Positions 55,201 through 64,000 of a stretch of DNA of 64,000 bases are shown here, piece after piece. The stretch covers positions 774 through 64,773 of the forward strand of contig JAVBOA010000010.1 of NCBI GenBank assembly GCA_031551135.1, in the 5' to 3' direction. The translations under genes were made by a program, and so were the position numbers. The stretch's first letter is position 1. Every line of letters starts with the position of its first letter. This DNA is from Eubacteriales bacterium. GTDB taxonomy: Bacteria > Bacillota > Clostridia > Lachnospirales > JAITVM01. Below the pieces are notes generated by a model that was not told the origin of the DNA, searched no databases, and worked only from the letters and a program-made list of their open reading frames with translations.

Positions 55201-56115
55201 ATGTTATATGATTGCTTGATAGTCGGAGCCGGCCCGGCCGGACTTACAGCCGCTTTGTACACCAACAGAGCCGGACTTTCCACAATTGTGCTGGAGAAAT
55301 TTTTTGTCGGCGGGCAAGTTTCGAATACTTATGAAGTAGATAATTATCCGGGATATTCACAGATTTCCGGTCCCGAATTGATGCAGAAAATCGAAGAACA
55401 TTCCAAAAACCACGGAACGAATATTGTTTTTGATGAAGTAACGGATATCAGCAAAGAAGGAAATATTTTTAAAATAAAATGCAAAAAAAATGAATATACA
55501 TCAAAAACCGTTATCGTTACAACAGGCGCTAAACCAAGACTTTTGGAGGTAAAAGGCGAATCGGAATTTAAAGGGCGCGGTGTTTCTTATTGTGCGACTT
55601 GCGACGGCGCATTTTATAAAGCTAAAGATGTAGCCGTACTCGGAAGCGGCAATACCGCCGTTGAAGATGCGATTTTTTTGGCGAGACTTTGCCGAAAAGT
55701 CTATTTAATCAGCAGATCGGGCAGATTAAAAGCGGAACAGCGAATTTTGGACCGTTTACCGGATTTTTCGAATATCGAAGTGATTTATAATCATACATGT
55801 AAAGAAATCACGGGAAGTAATTTTGTCGAGAAAATAATAATGTCCAATATATCGGATAATTCTATCAGAGAATTTGAAGTCTCGGGAGTTTTTGTGGCGA
55901 TTGGAATTACTCCTAATTCAAATATTTTAGCGGATAAACTCAGCACAACAAACCACGGTTATATTACTACAAATGAAAAAATGCAGACTGAAATACCGGG
56001 GCTTTTCGCCGCCGGTGATGCTAGGGACACTCCGCTCAGGCAGATTATTACGGCTGCCTCCGACGGCGCAATTGCCGCTTATCATGCATCTTTGTATATT
56101 GCCGAAAATAAATAA
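55201..56115 (+). CDS. trxB: Thioredoxin-disulfide reductase
   Basis: VGAGPAGLTAALY, redox-active CATCDG, GSGNTAVEDA, FAAGD. Confidence 0.9.
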   Translation: MLYDCLIVGAGPAGLTAALYTNRAGLSTIVLEKFFVGGQVSNTYEVDNYPGYSQISGPELMQKIEEHSKNHGTNIVFDEVTDISKEGNIFKIKCKKNEYTSKTVIVTTGAKPRLLEVKGESEFKGRGVSYCATCDGAFYKAKDVAVLGSGNTAVEDAIFLARLCRKVYLISRSGRLKAEQRILDRLPDFSNIEVIYNHTCKEITGSNFVEKIIMSNISDNSIREFEVSGVFVAIGITPNSNILADKLSTTNHGYITTNEKMQTEIPGLFAAGDARDTPLRQIITAASDGAIAAYHASLYIAENK

Positions 56116-56120
56116 AAAAA

Positions 56121-56159
56121 TCCGCCGAAAACACTTTCGCTGTTTTCGGCGGATTTTTT
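56121..56159 (+). terminator. Intrinsic terminator of trxB
   Basis: TCCGCCGAAAACA-ctttcgc-TGTTTTCGGCGGA followed by TTTTTT. Confidence 0.85.
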
Positions 56160-56272
56160 ATACTATTTTCAATATTAAGGATAGAAAAAAATATTTAATT
56201 TCGCGCTTAAAGCCTGCGCGAAACGCTCCGCTGTGAAAGATTTTTTTCTACTTATCAAAATGAAAATAGTAT
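56160..56272 (+). repeat. Long-form (113 bp) palindromic repeat, orientation A
   Basis: ATACTATTTTCA...TTTCGCGC-ttaaagcct-GCGCGAAACGCTCCGCTGTGAAAG...TGAAAATAGTAT. Abuts the trxB terminator on the left and the stop codon of the next gene on the right. Confidence 0.85.
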
Positions 56273-58098
56273 TAATAAAGTTTTTCCAGTTCGTTTGCTA
56301 CATATCCGTTTCCAATCAAAATATCATATTGAAACATTTTATACCTGTCGTCGGTTTCCAGAAAATTATAGGGATAAATGTCATCATAAACATTATTTTT
56401 ATCGATAAAAAGGTCAACTCTTGACATATAATTCGCTTTTTCATAGACTTCGTCAATAAAATGGAAAAAAAGCGGTTTTTTCAAGCCCGTCAAATTCAAA
56501 ATATAATTTCCCATAAAATTAGAGCCCATAATATCAATATTTTCTTTTGGTAAACCATAATTCGAATAAATCAAAAACGGTGGCGTAACTATTTTTACTA
56601 AATCTTCGGTATCAAGCTTACTATCGTCTTTTATAAACCCTAATTCACGGTAAAAGCTAAAGCTTTTGCCAAGGTTCGGCAAATGGTCGCCAAAAAAAAG
56701 AACAATCGTTTTCTCGTCTTCTTTTTCAAAATAATCAATTATTTTTTTCAAAGATTTATCAGCATTATAAAGCCCTTGTATATAATTTTCGCCCACATTT
56801 TTCGAATTTTCCGAAATATCATCATTCAAAATTTTAATTTCAGTATTTTCGTATTTATTATCATATGGCTGATGATTCTCCATCGAAATCCCAAAAAGAA
56901 ATAATTTTGACTTTTTATTTTCGTAAGCTTCAATCAATTGGTCGGCAAAATAATCATCCGAAACATATGTACCCGAATATTCGGGATTTTCCATATCTTC
57001 CAGTGCTGTGAACTCGTCGAATCCTAATTTATCGTAATAAGTATCCCTGCTGTAAAAATTTTTATTATAAGTATGTACGGCTTTCGTTTCGTAATTATTC
57101 GTTTTAAAAATATTCGGCAGAGCGTTAATCGGCTCTTTTATGTAAGTTTCATATGATGAATGGTCCGCAAAAAAGTATTTGTTCAAAAAACCGGTTAGGA
57201 TTTCATATTCAACATTTGCCGTGCCGCCGCCGTAAGTCATCGAGCCTAAATCGCCGGAAGTATATTTTTTTGAATATTCTCTGAAATTCGGAATCGGGTC
57301 TTTTGATAATTTCAAATTTCCGATTTTTGTAATATCAAAAAAAGATTCGCTGAGAATAACAACTACATTCGGACTTTCTTCTTTTTCAAGATTTAAAAGC
57401 TCAATATCCTGCGAATTTTCTGTTTTTTTCTGAACTCTGTCTTTTAAATCGAAAATCGCATTATCCAGAAAAATTTTATTATAATTCATAAATTCGGCTT
57501 TTGATTCATATAAGCCGTGCGAAACAAAACCAAGCACAAATCCTTTTGATTTATAAGAAATATCGTCCCAAACATTTGTTTTCAAAAATGAGGTTGTGAA
57601 TATAATATTCGCTAAAATAAGCGAAAACAAAACACAGAAAATTCTTGAACCAAGAGATATTGAGCGATATTTTTTTTCAACAAAAAAAATCCCTATACCG
57701 ATAATAATAGTCAAAAAAAGCAGAAAATAAATTAAAAATGTCACCGAAATATTAGATTTATCTACCACGCCGCCGATCGAAAAAGTCAAGGATAAATCAT
57801 TCAAATAAAAAACTTCGTTACGTTGGGAAACTTTCAAATAGTTGACAGTAGATAATAAAAAAACGACAGTCTGAAGAATCAAAAATGAAATAAATATTTT
57901 GCCCGTGATAAAGCCAATAAACAAGAGAAGCATAAAAATAAAAAGGCTTGCAGTCAGGAAAAGCGGCAGATTTTCGCCTATCCAATCTACAACGTCAAAA
58001 AAAGATTGCCTTGCAATCAGTTCCGAAAAGAAAACTATCAGCAAAGATGTCAAAACATTAAGCCAAAAAAATAAAACAAATGAATATCTTTCTTTCAT
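56272..58098 (-). CDS. LTA-synthase-family sulfatase-domain membrane protein
   Basis: Five N-terminal TM segments and an extracellular AP/sulfatase-like domain (VVVILSESFFD, GGGTANVEYEILTG, FFGDHLP). Confidence 0.7.
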   Translation of the reverse strand: MKERYSFVLFFWLNVLTSLLIVFFSELIARQSFFDVVDWIGENLPLFLTASLFIFMLLLFIGFITGKIFISFLILQTVVFLLSTVNYLKVSQRNEVFYLNDLSLTFSIGGVVDKSNISVTFLIYFLLFLTIIIGIGIFFVEKKYRSISLGSRIFCVLFSLILANIIFTTSFLKTNVWDDISYKSKGFVLGFVSHGLYESKAEFMNYNKIFLDNAIFDLKDRVQKKTENSQDIELLNLEKEESPNVVVILSESFFDITKIGNLKLSKDPIPNFREYSKKYTSGDLGSMTYGGGTANVEYEILTGFLNKYFFADHSSYETYIKEPINALPNIFKTNNYETKAVHTYNKNFYSRDTYYDKLGFDEFTALEDMENPEYSGTYVSDDYFADQLIEAYENKKSKLFLFGISMENHQPYDNKYENTEIKILNDDISENSKNVGENYIQGLYNADKSLKKIIDYFEKEDEKTIVLFFGDHLPNLGKSFSFYRELGFIKDDSKLDTEDLVKIVTPPFLIYSNYGLPKENIDIMGSNFMGNYILNLTGLKKPLFFHFIDEVYEKANYMSRVDLFIDKNNVYDDIYPYNFLETDDRYKMFQYDILIGNGYVANELEKLY

Positions 58099-58203
58099 AC
58101 CAATAAATAATCACCACTCTATGGCTATACCGACAAACGAAGCTTACACCCGTTCCTCAGTATATATAATACAGAGCCCCGGAAAACCGGGACTCAGAAA
58201 AAT

Positions 58204-58845
58204 TTATTTTTCTTCAAATTTTCTATTGCGCTCTTTCGGCGAGATTACCACATATCTATACGGCTCTACGCCTTGGCTGAAAGTGCTTACAAAACGGTCA
58301 TTTTGAAGCGCAGAATGAATAATACGCCTTTCATAAGGATTCATAGGCTCAAGAGAAACCTCTTTGCGAGTCTGCTTAACTTTTTTAGCAAGATTATGCG
58401 CTAAATTATCCAGCGTTTCCTTGCGGCGTTCGCGGTAATTTTCGGCATCAATCGTAACGCTGACATAAGGCGCATTTCCTTTATTAACCGCGAGATTAAC
58501 AAGATATTGCAAAGAATCCAAAGTTTGTCCGCGTTTTCCAATCAAAACTCCCATATCGTCACCTTTTAATACTATATCGATATGCCTGTCCTTTTCCGTA
58601 ATATCAAATTCTACAACGATTCCCATGCAAATAAATATTTCACGTAAAAAGTTCTTAATTGTGGATACAGGGTCAAATTTTTTAGTTACTTTTATTTTAA
58701 AAGGTTTGCTTCCAAAGCCCAAAATTCCTTTCGAGCCTTGCTCTAATATAACGTAATCAACATTGTCTTCTGTAGTTTTCAATTCGCTTATAGCTAGGCT
58801 CAAAGCTTCCTCTAATGTCTTCCCTGTTTTTTCGATCGAATCCAT
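58204..58845 (-). CDS. khpB: RNA-binding protein Jag/KhpB (Jag_N, KH, R3H)
   Basis: N-terminal GKTLEEALSLAISEL, KH-like VLIGKRGQTLDSLQYL, R3H PMNPYERRIIHSALQ. Conserved position after yidC. Confidence 0.88.
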   Translation of the reverse strand: MDSIEKTGKTLEEALSLAISELKTTEDNVDYVILEQGSKGILGFGSKPFKIKVTKKFDPVSTIKNFLREIFICMGIVVEFDITEKDRHIDIVLKGDDMGVLIGKRGQTLDSLQYLVNLAVNKGNAPYVSVTIDAENYRERRKETLDNLAHNLAKKVKQTRKEVSLEPMNPYERRIIHSALQNDRFVSTFSQGVEPYRYVVISPKERNRKFEEK

Positions 58846-59861
58846 TATTTATCAATCCCCTTTTTTTTAGCATAGACTTTATTAAGAACTAACTGCTGAC
58901 AAATTTGAAATACATTAGAAGTAATCCAGTACAAACCAACACCGATCGGAGTAGAAATCGTAAAAAATGCCATCATTAAAGGCGTAACATAAGTCATAGT
59001 TTTTTGTGTACTGGCTACAGTTGGATCTGAAGGAGTATTTTTTTGCTGTTTCATCATAATATATGAAGTTAAAAAGCTTGTTACGGCTGCCAAAATAGGA
59101 ATTATAATAGCAGGCGACAATCTAAATCCGGGCGTATCGGTCAATTTCAATCCTAGAAAAAGATCAGATGCCGCAACTTCCAATAAAAACCCTTTAATCT
59201 GTTCAATCTGTGCAGAAAACTCCGCCGGAACTTTTGCGAAAAAAGCTGCCCATTCGGATTCGGAGAATTTAGCTAAAACTCTTGCCAATTGATCAGGCGC
59301 ATCTGCGCCGATATTCAGCGGTTTCATAAGTTTCGGTTCTATTATCGGTTTCAGCATCTCCAAGCTTCCGCTTATCGATAAAACCGTAGCCGCTAATTTA
59401 TCAACATACAATTCTTTAAGCTGAGAAATATAAAGAAAAGGCTGCTGCATTATATAAGAGAGTGCGAAAAATATAGGTAATTGTAAAAACAAAGGTAAAC
59501 ATGAAGCAATCGGGTTAATTTTTTCTTTCGAGTACAAAGCTTGCAGCTCCGCATTCTTTTTTTGCAAAACCGCAGAGTCTTTTGAATCACCGTATTTTTT
59601 ATTTATTTTGTCAATCTCTGGCTGTATTTTTTGGGTTTTCATCATTGATTTTTGAGAGCTGATAGCAAACGGCACCATTATAAATCTTGTAAAAATCGTA
59701 AACAAGATTATGGATATACCCAAAACATGCGCAGAAGTAAAATTCGATATAAAATTATAAATTACATTAAGAATAACACCTAAAATATTTGCAATAAATC
59801 CGATTATCGCAGAAGGCTCGTTCGGGACTTTAGTTGTGTTCAAAAACAAAAACAGGTTCAA
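58845..59861 (-). CDS. yidC: Membrane protein insertase YidC/Oxa1 family
   Basis: [17 protein letters not shown]-type motif, [24 protein letters not shown]. Conserved synteny. Confidence 0.88.
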   Translation of the reverse strand: MNLFLFLNTTKVPNEPSAIIGFIANILGVILNVIYNFISNFTSAHVLGISIILFTIFTRFIMVPFAISSQKSMMKTQKIQPEIDKINKKYGDSKDSAVLQKKNAELQALYSKEKINPIASCLPLFLQLPIFFALSYIMQQPFLYISQLKELYVDKLAATVLSISGSLEMLKPIIEPKLMKPLNIGADAPDQLARVLAKFSESEWAAFFAKVPAEFSAQIEQIKGFLLEVAASDLFLGLKLTDTPGFRLSPAIIIPILAAVTSFLTSYIMMKQQKNTPSDPTVASTQKTMTYVTPLMMAFFTISTPIGVGLYWITSNVFQICQQLVLNKVYAKKKGIDK

Positions 59862-60097
59862 ATATTTTCCTCCTCAGATTTATTTTCCAAAGGCACAGGG
59901 TCAAAACCGCCTTTAGAAAAAGGGTTACAACGCAATAATCTTTTTGCTCCCAAAAAAATACCCTTAACAACACCGTATCTCTCTATCGCTTCGTAGGCAT
60001 ATTGCGAACATGTGGGATAAAATTTACATGAGTTTGGAAGCCCCGGCGATATTGCCCGCTTATAAAAAATCAACAGATACAGACAAATTTTTTTCAT
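59858..60097 (-). CDS. yidD: Membrane protein insertion efficiency factor YidD
   Basis: [31 protein letters not shown]...[14 protein letters not shown]. Confidence 0.9.
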   Translation of the reverse strand: MKKICLYLLIFYKRAISPGLPNSCKFYPTCSQYAYEAIERYGVVKGIFLGAKRLLRCNPFSKGGFDPVPLENKSEEENI

Positions 60098-60133
60098 AAA
60101 AACAAAGCCCCTTATGAATAAAAACAGAATAGA

Positions 60134-60502
60134 TCATACACCTTTATTATATAGATTATGTTTTTTTAAAAGATGTATCAAAGAATCATTAATTTCAAAA
60201 TAGCCCAGCCCTTTTGTTGTGTTTCTGGCAACAACAACAATATTATATCCGCGCGCGATTTTTTTTTCCAAAAGCCTGTAGCTTTCGCGAATACAGCGCG
60301 TGACTCTGCTTCTGACAACAGAGTTCCCGACTTTTTTGCTAACGGAAATGCCTAAATAATTTAATGAAGAATTATTTTTCAAAATATACAATACCAAGTT
60401 TCTATTTGCGATAGACTTTCCTTTACCATATACAATACGAAAATCCTTATTTTTTTTTAGGGATGTGGTAAATTCCAAAAGAACGTCCTCCCGCTTTTTC
60501 AT
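60134..60502 (-). CDS. rnpA: Ribonuclease P protein component
   Basis: LKKNKDFRIVYGKGKS...GISVSKKVGNSVVRSRVTR(C)IRE RNR-like motif. Synteny with rpmH. Confidence 0.88.
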   Translation of the reverse strand: MKKREDVLLEFTTSLKKNKDFRIVYGKGKSIANRNLVLYILKNNSSLNYLGISVSKKVGNSVVRSRVTRCIRESYRLLEKKIARGYNIVVVARNTTKGLGYFEINDSLIHLLKKHNLYNKGV

Positions 60503-60611
60503 ACAAATTCGATTTTTTTCTTAAAACAAATACGCTTAATCAAATAACCTAAAATACGTATAAATAAAAGACCACAAAAAAGTGGCCTCATACTTAAGAC
60601 TTTATAAATAA

Positions 60612-60740
60612 TTAAGCAGACAATACTTTTCTACCTTTTTGACGTCTTCTAAGTAGAACTTTTCTACCGTTTTTAGTACTCATTCTTTTTCTAAAACCAT
60701 GCTCTTTGCTTCTTTGCCTTTTTTTAGGCTGAAACGTCAT
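60612..60740 (-). CDS. rpmH: 50S ribosomal protein L34
   Basis: Not in the ORF track (42 aa). My translation is [42 protein letters not shown]. Confidence 0.93.
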   Translation of the reverse strand: MTFQPKKRQRSKEHGFRKRMSTKNGRKVLLRRRQKGRKVLSA

Positions 60741-60951
60741 TTTCAATTTCAGCACCTCCTTATAAAAAAGATGAATCGTATAAAAAATTTTTGCAAAGCA
60801 ATAATAATTTCATAAAAACAGGATTTTTTAAAAAATCTGTCTATAACTTTGCACACACTGCCAATAAACAGCCATACGAACTATTGCTATTATATAAAAT
60901 AAAATTTTCCTAGTCAAGTACAGTTTTATTATAAAAATTTAATTGTATTGC

Positions 60952-61301
60952 TTATCCACAAATATTTTGATATTATTATATTAATTCTGTGTAAAACATG
61001 TTTAATTTTCTAAGTTATTCACATTCTGTTGATAAGTCTGTGTATAACTATTAAATTCTTTCCAAATTATTGTTTTCTTATATAGCTGTTGATTTTTTGC
61101 TGCAAATATATTTTGTTTTCGTGTCATATATAATCAAGAAAAATCAAAATTAATGAATAATTGTATTCTTAAAATGCTATATATTGTAATTTGTTGATAA
61201 CTGTAATTTAATGTTGTTAATTATATTTTCTCTTGCAAATAACACCCAATTTTTACAGGGTTTTATTTTTTCTGTATTTTATAGTTTTACACATATCCAC
61301 A
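60952..61301. promoter_or_regulatory. oriC part 1: DnaA-box cluster between rpmH and dnaA
   Basis: Perfect TTATCCACA at 60952..60960. One-mismatch boxes at 61015..61023 (TTATTCACA), 61027..61035 and 61192..61200 (TGTTGATAA), 61039..61047 (TGTGTATAA) and 61293..61301 (ATATCCACA). Confidence 0.8.
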
Positions 61302-61329
61302 ATTTAATTATTAACATTATCAACAATTA

Positions 61330-61407
61330 ATATTTTTTCCATTTGAATGGAAATATTATAAAATATGATTATTTCTATTTTTCTATCCTTAAAAATGGAA
61401 ATAGTAT
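61330..61407. repeat. Two mini-form palindromic repeats immediately upstream of dnaA
   Basis: 61330..61359 ATATTTTTTCCA-tttgaa-TGGAAATATTAT (degenerate) and 61368..61407 ATTATTTCTA-TTTTTCTATCCTTAAAAA-TGGAAATAGTAT. Confidence 0.6.
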
Positions 61408-61431
61408 TAAAACTCCCAGGGGGAAATTCGC

Positions 61432-62760
61432 ATGGATACTCAAATCGAATATTATTGGGTTGAGGTTTGCAAACTTTTGGAAAAGGAATTGACCGAAATC
61501 GCAATGGATATTTTTATTAAAACATTGAAACCTCTTTATATAAATGAAGATTTTTTTGTTTTAGAAGCCTCTGAAACCGCGCATAAGAATACTGTAGAAC
61601 AACGCTACATCGGCATAATTACAAGTTTTATCAGAGCTGTAACCGAAAAAGAGCTTGATGTTAAATTACTTTTACCCGAAAGTTTCAGCGCTTTAGAAAC
61701 GCCGTTAAGCGAAAAACAAATCCCGAACGCAATGGGAAATATTAAGCAAAAATACGTTTTCGAGACTTTTGTCCGCGGAAAATCAAATGAGCTCGCCTAT
61801 GCGGCCTGTGTTGCAGTGTCTGAGGCCCCCGGCAAAACTTCTTATAATCCTTTGTTTTTATACGGCGGAGTTGGGCTTGGCAAAACTCATCTTATGCATA
61901 GCATAGGTAATAAAATTCTATCGGATGATCCAAAATCTAAGGTATTATATTGTTCAACCGAGACCTTTACAAACGAGCTGATTAATTCCATAAAAGAACG
62001 AAAAAATCAAGATTTCCGAAATAAATACCGCGATATCGACGTTTTGCTGATCGACGATATTCAATTTTTGTCCGAAAAAGAAGGTACTCAGGAAGAATTT
62101 TTCCATACTTTCAATACACTATATGACGCTAACAAGCAAATCGTTATATCTTCAGATCAACCTCCAAAAGAATTAAAAACCTTGGAGGACAGGCTTAGAA
62201 GTCGCTTCGGCTGCGGGCTAATAGTTGACATAACTTTTCCGGATTATGAAACCCGTGTGGCGATTTTGGAAAAGAAAGCGGAACTTGATCATACAAAAGT
62301 TTCGAAAGAGGTAACGAATTTTATCGCTAAAAATATTGTTTCCAATATACGTGAGCTTGAGGGCGCACTGAATAAAGTTATCGCTTTCGCTACTCTCTGC
62401 AATACTCCTATAACAATCGATCTTGCCGAAAATGCCCTGCGAGACATAATTTCCGCGCAGGACAAGCCCGAAATTACGCCGGAATTCATACAAAATATCG
62501 TTTCGACTCATTATAATATTTCGCCGGACGATATACGCGGTAAAAAACGCACCGCAAATATTTCTTATCCACGTCAGGTTGCAATGTATTTAACACGGAA
62601 AATAATCGATATGTCTTTACCTAAAATCGGCGATTGTTTCGGCGGCAGGGATCATTCCACAGTTATTCACGCCTGCGATAAAATCAGCTTTGAATTGGAG
62701 AACGATAAAAATGTGGCGAATACCCTATTGGAATTAGAGAAAAAAATAAAAGGTGAATAA
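61432..62760 (+). CDS. dnaA: Chromosomal replication initiator protein DnaA
   Basis: GGVGLGKTHLMH Walker A, LLIDDIQF, SNIRELEGAL, C-terminal DNA-binding GGRDHSTVIHA. Confidence 0.95.
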   Translation: MDTQIEYYWVEVCKLLEKELTEIAMDIFIKTLKPLYINEDFFVLEASETAHKNTVEQRYIGIITSFIRAVTEKELDVKLLLPESFSALETPLSEKQIPNAMGNIKQKYVFETFVRGKSNELAYAACVAVSEAPGKTSYNPLFLYGGVGLGKTHLMHSIGNKILSDDPKSKVLYCSTETFTNELINSIKERKNQDFRNKYRDIDVLLIDDIQFLSEKEGTQEEFFHTFNTLYDANKQIVISSDQPPKELKTLEDRLRSRFGCGLIVDITFPDYETRVAILEKKAELDHTKVSKEVTNFIAKNIVSNIRELEGALNKVIAFATLCNTPITIDLAENALRDIISAQDKPEITPEFIQNIVSTHYNISPDDIRGKKRTANISYPRQVAMYLTRKIIDMSLPKIGDCFGGRDHSTVIHACDKISFELENDKNVANTLLELEKKIKGE

Positions 62761-62799
62761 ATATCTATATTTACTTTGTCAACAATCTTGTTTATTTCC

Positions 62800-63012
62800 T
62801 GTTGATAAGTTTGTATTTTTTGTTTATAAATATTTATACTTTTTTCCGCTGTTGATAATGTGGATAAGTTTATATTTTAAAAAAAGATATCCACATAGTT
62901 TATCGGGCAAAAAAACCTATATCTATCAGCCAAACAGCACTTTTGAACAAATCCACAGCCCCTACTACTACTACTACTAAAATTATTTAATTAATATATA
63001 CAAATATCCACA
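62800..63012. promoter_or_regulatory. oriC part 2: DnaA-box cluster between dnaA and dnaN
   Basis: Perfect TGTGGATAA at 62859..62867, directly preceded by TGTTGATAA (62850..62858). Further boxes at 62800..62808, 62887..62895 (ATATCCACA), 62949..62957 (AAATCCACA) and 63004..63012 (ATATCCACA). Confidence 0.8.
62963..62980 (+). promoter_or_regulatory. Candidate DnaA-trio array and unwinding element
   Basis: AAATCCACA box, GCCCC cluster, TAC x5 plus TAA, then the AT-only tract AATTATTTAATTAATATATA. Confidence 0.5.
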
Positions 63013-63050
63013 CAATCGGATTGTTTAAAACTTTTTTTTGGAGGTACCAA

Positions 63051-64000
63051 ATGAAATTCACATGCATGAAAGAAACTTTGTTAGAAGGAATCAATATTGT
63101 ATCGAGAGCTGTATCCGCAAAAACCTCAATGCAGATATTAGAATGTATTCTCATAGATGTTAATGAAGATGGTTTTAAATTAACCGCAAACGATTTGGAA
63201 ATGGGCATAAAAACAAAAAATCTCGAAGCGACTGTTATCGAAACCGGCAAAGTGTGTATAAAAGCGAAATTATTAATCGATATAATTAAGCATTTGCCGG
63301 AAGGTATGGTTAGTGTTAAAACAGACGAAAATTTTGTTACACAAATAAAAGCCGGTAAATCTGAATTTAAATTGCTTGGTCAGGATTCCTATGAGTATCC
63401 GGAATTGCCGGTTGTTGAAAAAAATAATCGATATGAAATATTTTCTTTGGATTTGAAAAACATGATCAGACAGACTATTTTTACGGTTTCTTTTGACGAA
63501 TCGAAGATCACTTTTACCGGGGAATATCTTGATATAAAATCCGATGAACTGAATATCGTTGCTGTTGACGGATTCCGCATATCATGCAGAAATTCAAAGC
63601 TCTTTTATTCTTCCGGCGATACCGGTGTAATTGTTCCTTACAAAGCCATGAACGAGATCGGAAAAATAATTTCAGCAGAGCCAAACGAGAAGATAAATTT
63701 TTACATTACCGATAAACATATTTTGTTTGAAGATGAAAATTGTATTCTTGTATCTCGGCTTATCGAAGGCGATTTTATGAATTATGAACAGGTCTTTACC
63801 GATGATTTCAACACCAAAATCACAGCTGACAGAGATAATTTTATTTCTTGTTTAGAGCGGTCATTGCTGGTAAATTCGGACGTTAAAAAGAATCCTATTA
63901 AAATAAAAATAGATAAAGATTTGATGGCAATCTCTTCTGCTACCGAAATCGGAACAGCTTATGATGAGCTGGAAGTTGACTTGGAAGGCAATAATATTGA
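63051..64000 (+). CDS. dnaN: DNA polymerase III beta sliding clamp (5' partial; continues past the window)
   Basis: ATG 63051 after a GGAGGT RBS. MKFTCMKETLLEGINIVSRAVSAKTSMQILECILI is typical of a DnaN N-terminus. The frame stays open to 64000. Synteny after dnaA. Confidence 0.9.
   Translation, partial: MKFTCMKETLLEGINIVSRAVSAKTSMQILECILIDVNEDGFKLTANDLEMGIKTKNLEATVIETGKVCIKAKLLIDIIKHLPEGMVSVKTDENFVTQIKAGKSEFKLLGQDSYEYPELPVVEKNNRYEIFSLDLKNMIRQTIFTVSFDESKITFTGEYLDIKSDELNIVAVDGFRISCRNSKLFYSSGDTGVIVPYKAMNEIGKIISAEPNEKINFYITDKHILFEDENCILVSRLIEGDFMNYEQVFTDDFNTKITADRDNFISCLERSLLVNSDVKKNPIKIKIDKDLMAISSATEIGTAYDELEVDLEGNNI

Noticed and set aside
61304-61504. 66-aa minus-strand ORF overlapping the dnaA start
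   Set aside because: It is antisense to the dnaA 5' end and covers the palindromic repeats. There is no supporting signal.
62963-62980. (TAC)5 run as a phase-variation microsatellite or part of ORF 62753..62980
   Set aside because: It is intergenic between dnaA and dnaN, directly preceded by a DnaA box and a GC cluster and followed by an AT-only tract. An origin-unwinding role fits better. The overlapping 75-aa and 87-aa ORFs have no RBS and lie within oriC.

Overview
AT-rich Firmicutes/Clostridia-type chromosomal segment that ends at the replication origin (jag-yidC-yidD-rnpA-rpmH on the minus strand, a DnaA-box cluster, dnaA, a second DnaA-box cluster with a GC cluster and TAC-trinucleotide run, then dnaN running off the window). 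The rest is mostly housekeeping and carbohydrate or transport genes. These include ychF, tcdA, a ribose-type sugar ABC transporter, a GH32 fructosidase, a YesM/YesN-type two-component system with a third binding-protein component, nagB, cysK, trxB, cwlD, an LTA-synthase-family protein, a NahK-like kinase and an Opp/Dpp-type ABC operon flanked by phosphohydrolases. Five things stand out. (1) Two inverted copies of a ~92-nt leader RNA, each with its own near-consensus promoter and terminator, precede a divergent Fe-alcohol dehydrogenase and a Mop-type molybdenum aldehyde oxidoreductase operon; two helices covary between the copies, which suggests a riboswitch or attenuator. (2) The mop operon continues with tightly coupled genes for a large FAD/Fe-S/CCG redox protein, a 71-aa zinc-ribbon protein and a radical SAM enzyme, facing a PaaK-like CoA ligase and an aconitase-family hydratase. 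This gene set has no assigned function. (3) A dense family of palindromic, MITE-like intergenic repeats has a ~113-bp long form (5 copies) and ~31-44-bp mini forms (10 copies), with compensatory changes in the central hairpin. (4) A 117-bp tandem repeat is made of four hairpins. (5) A single polypeptide carries three tandem RidA domains. The left edge appears to be the end of an integrated element bounded by a 3' fragment of tRNA-Ser. No rRNA, CRISPR array or transposase gene was seen.
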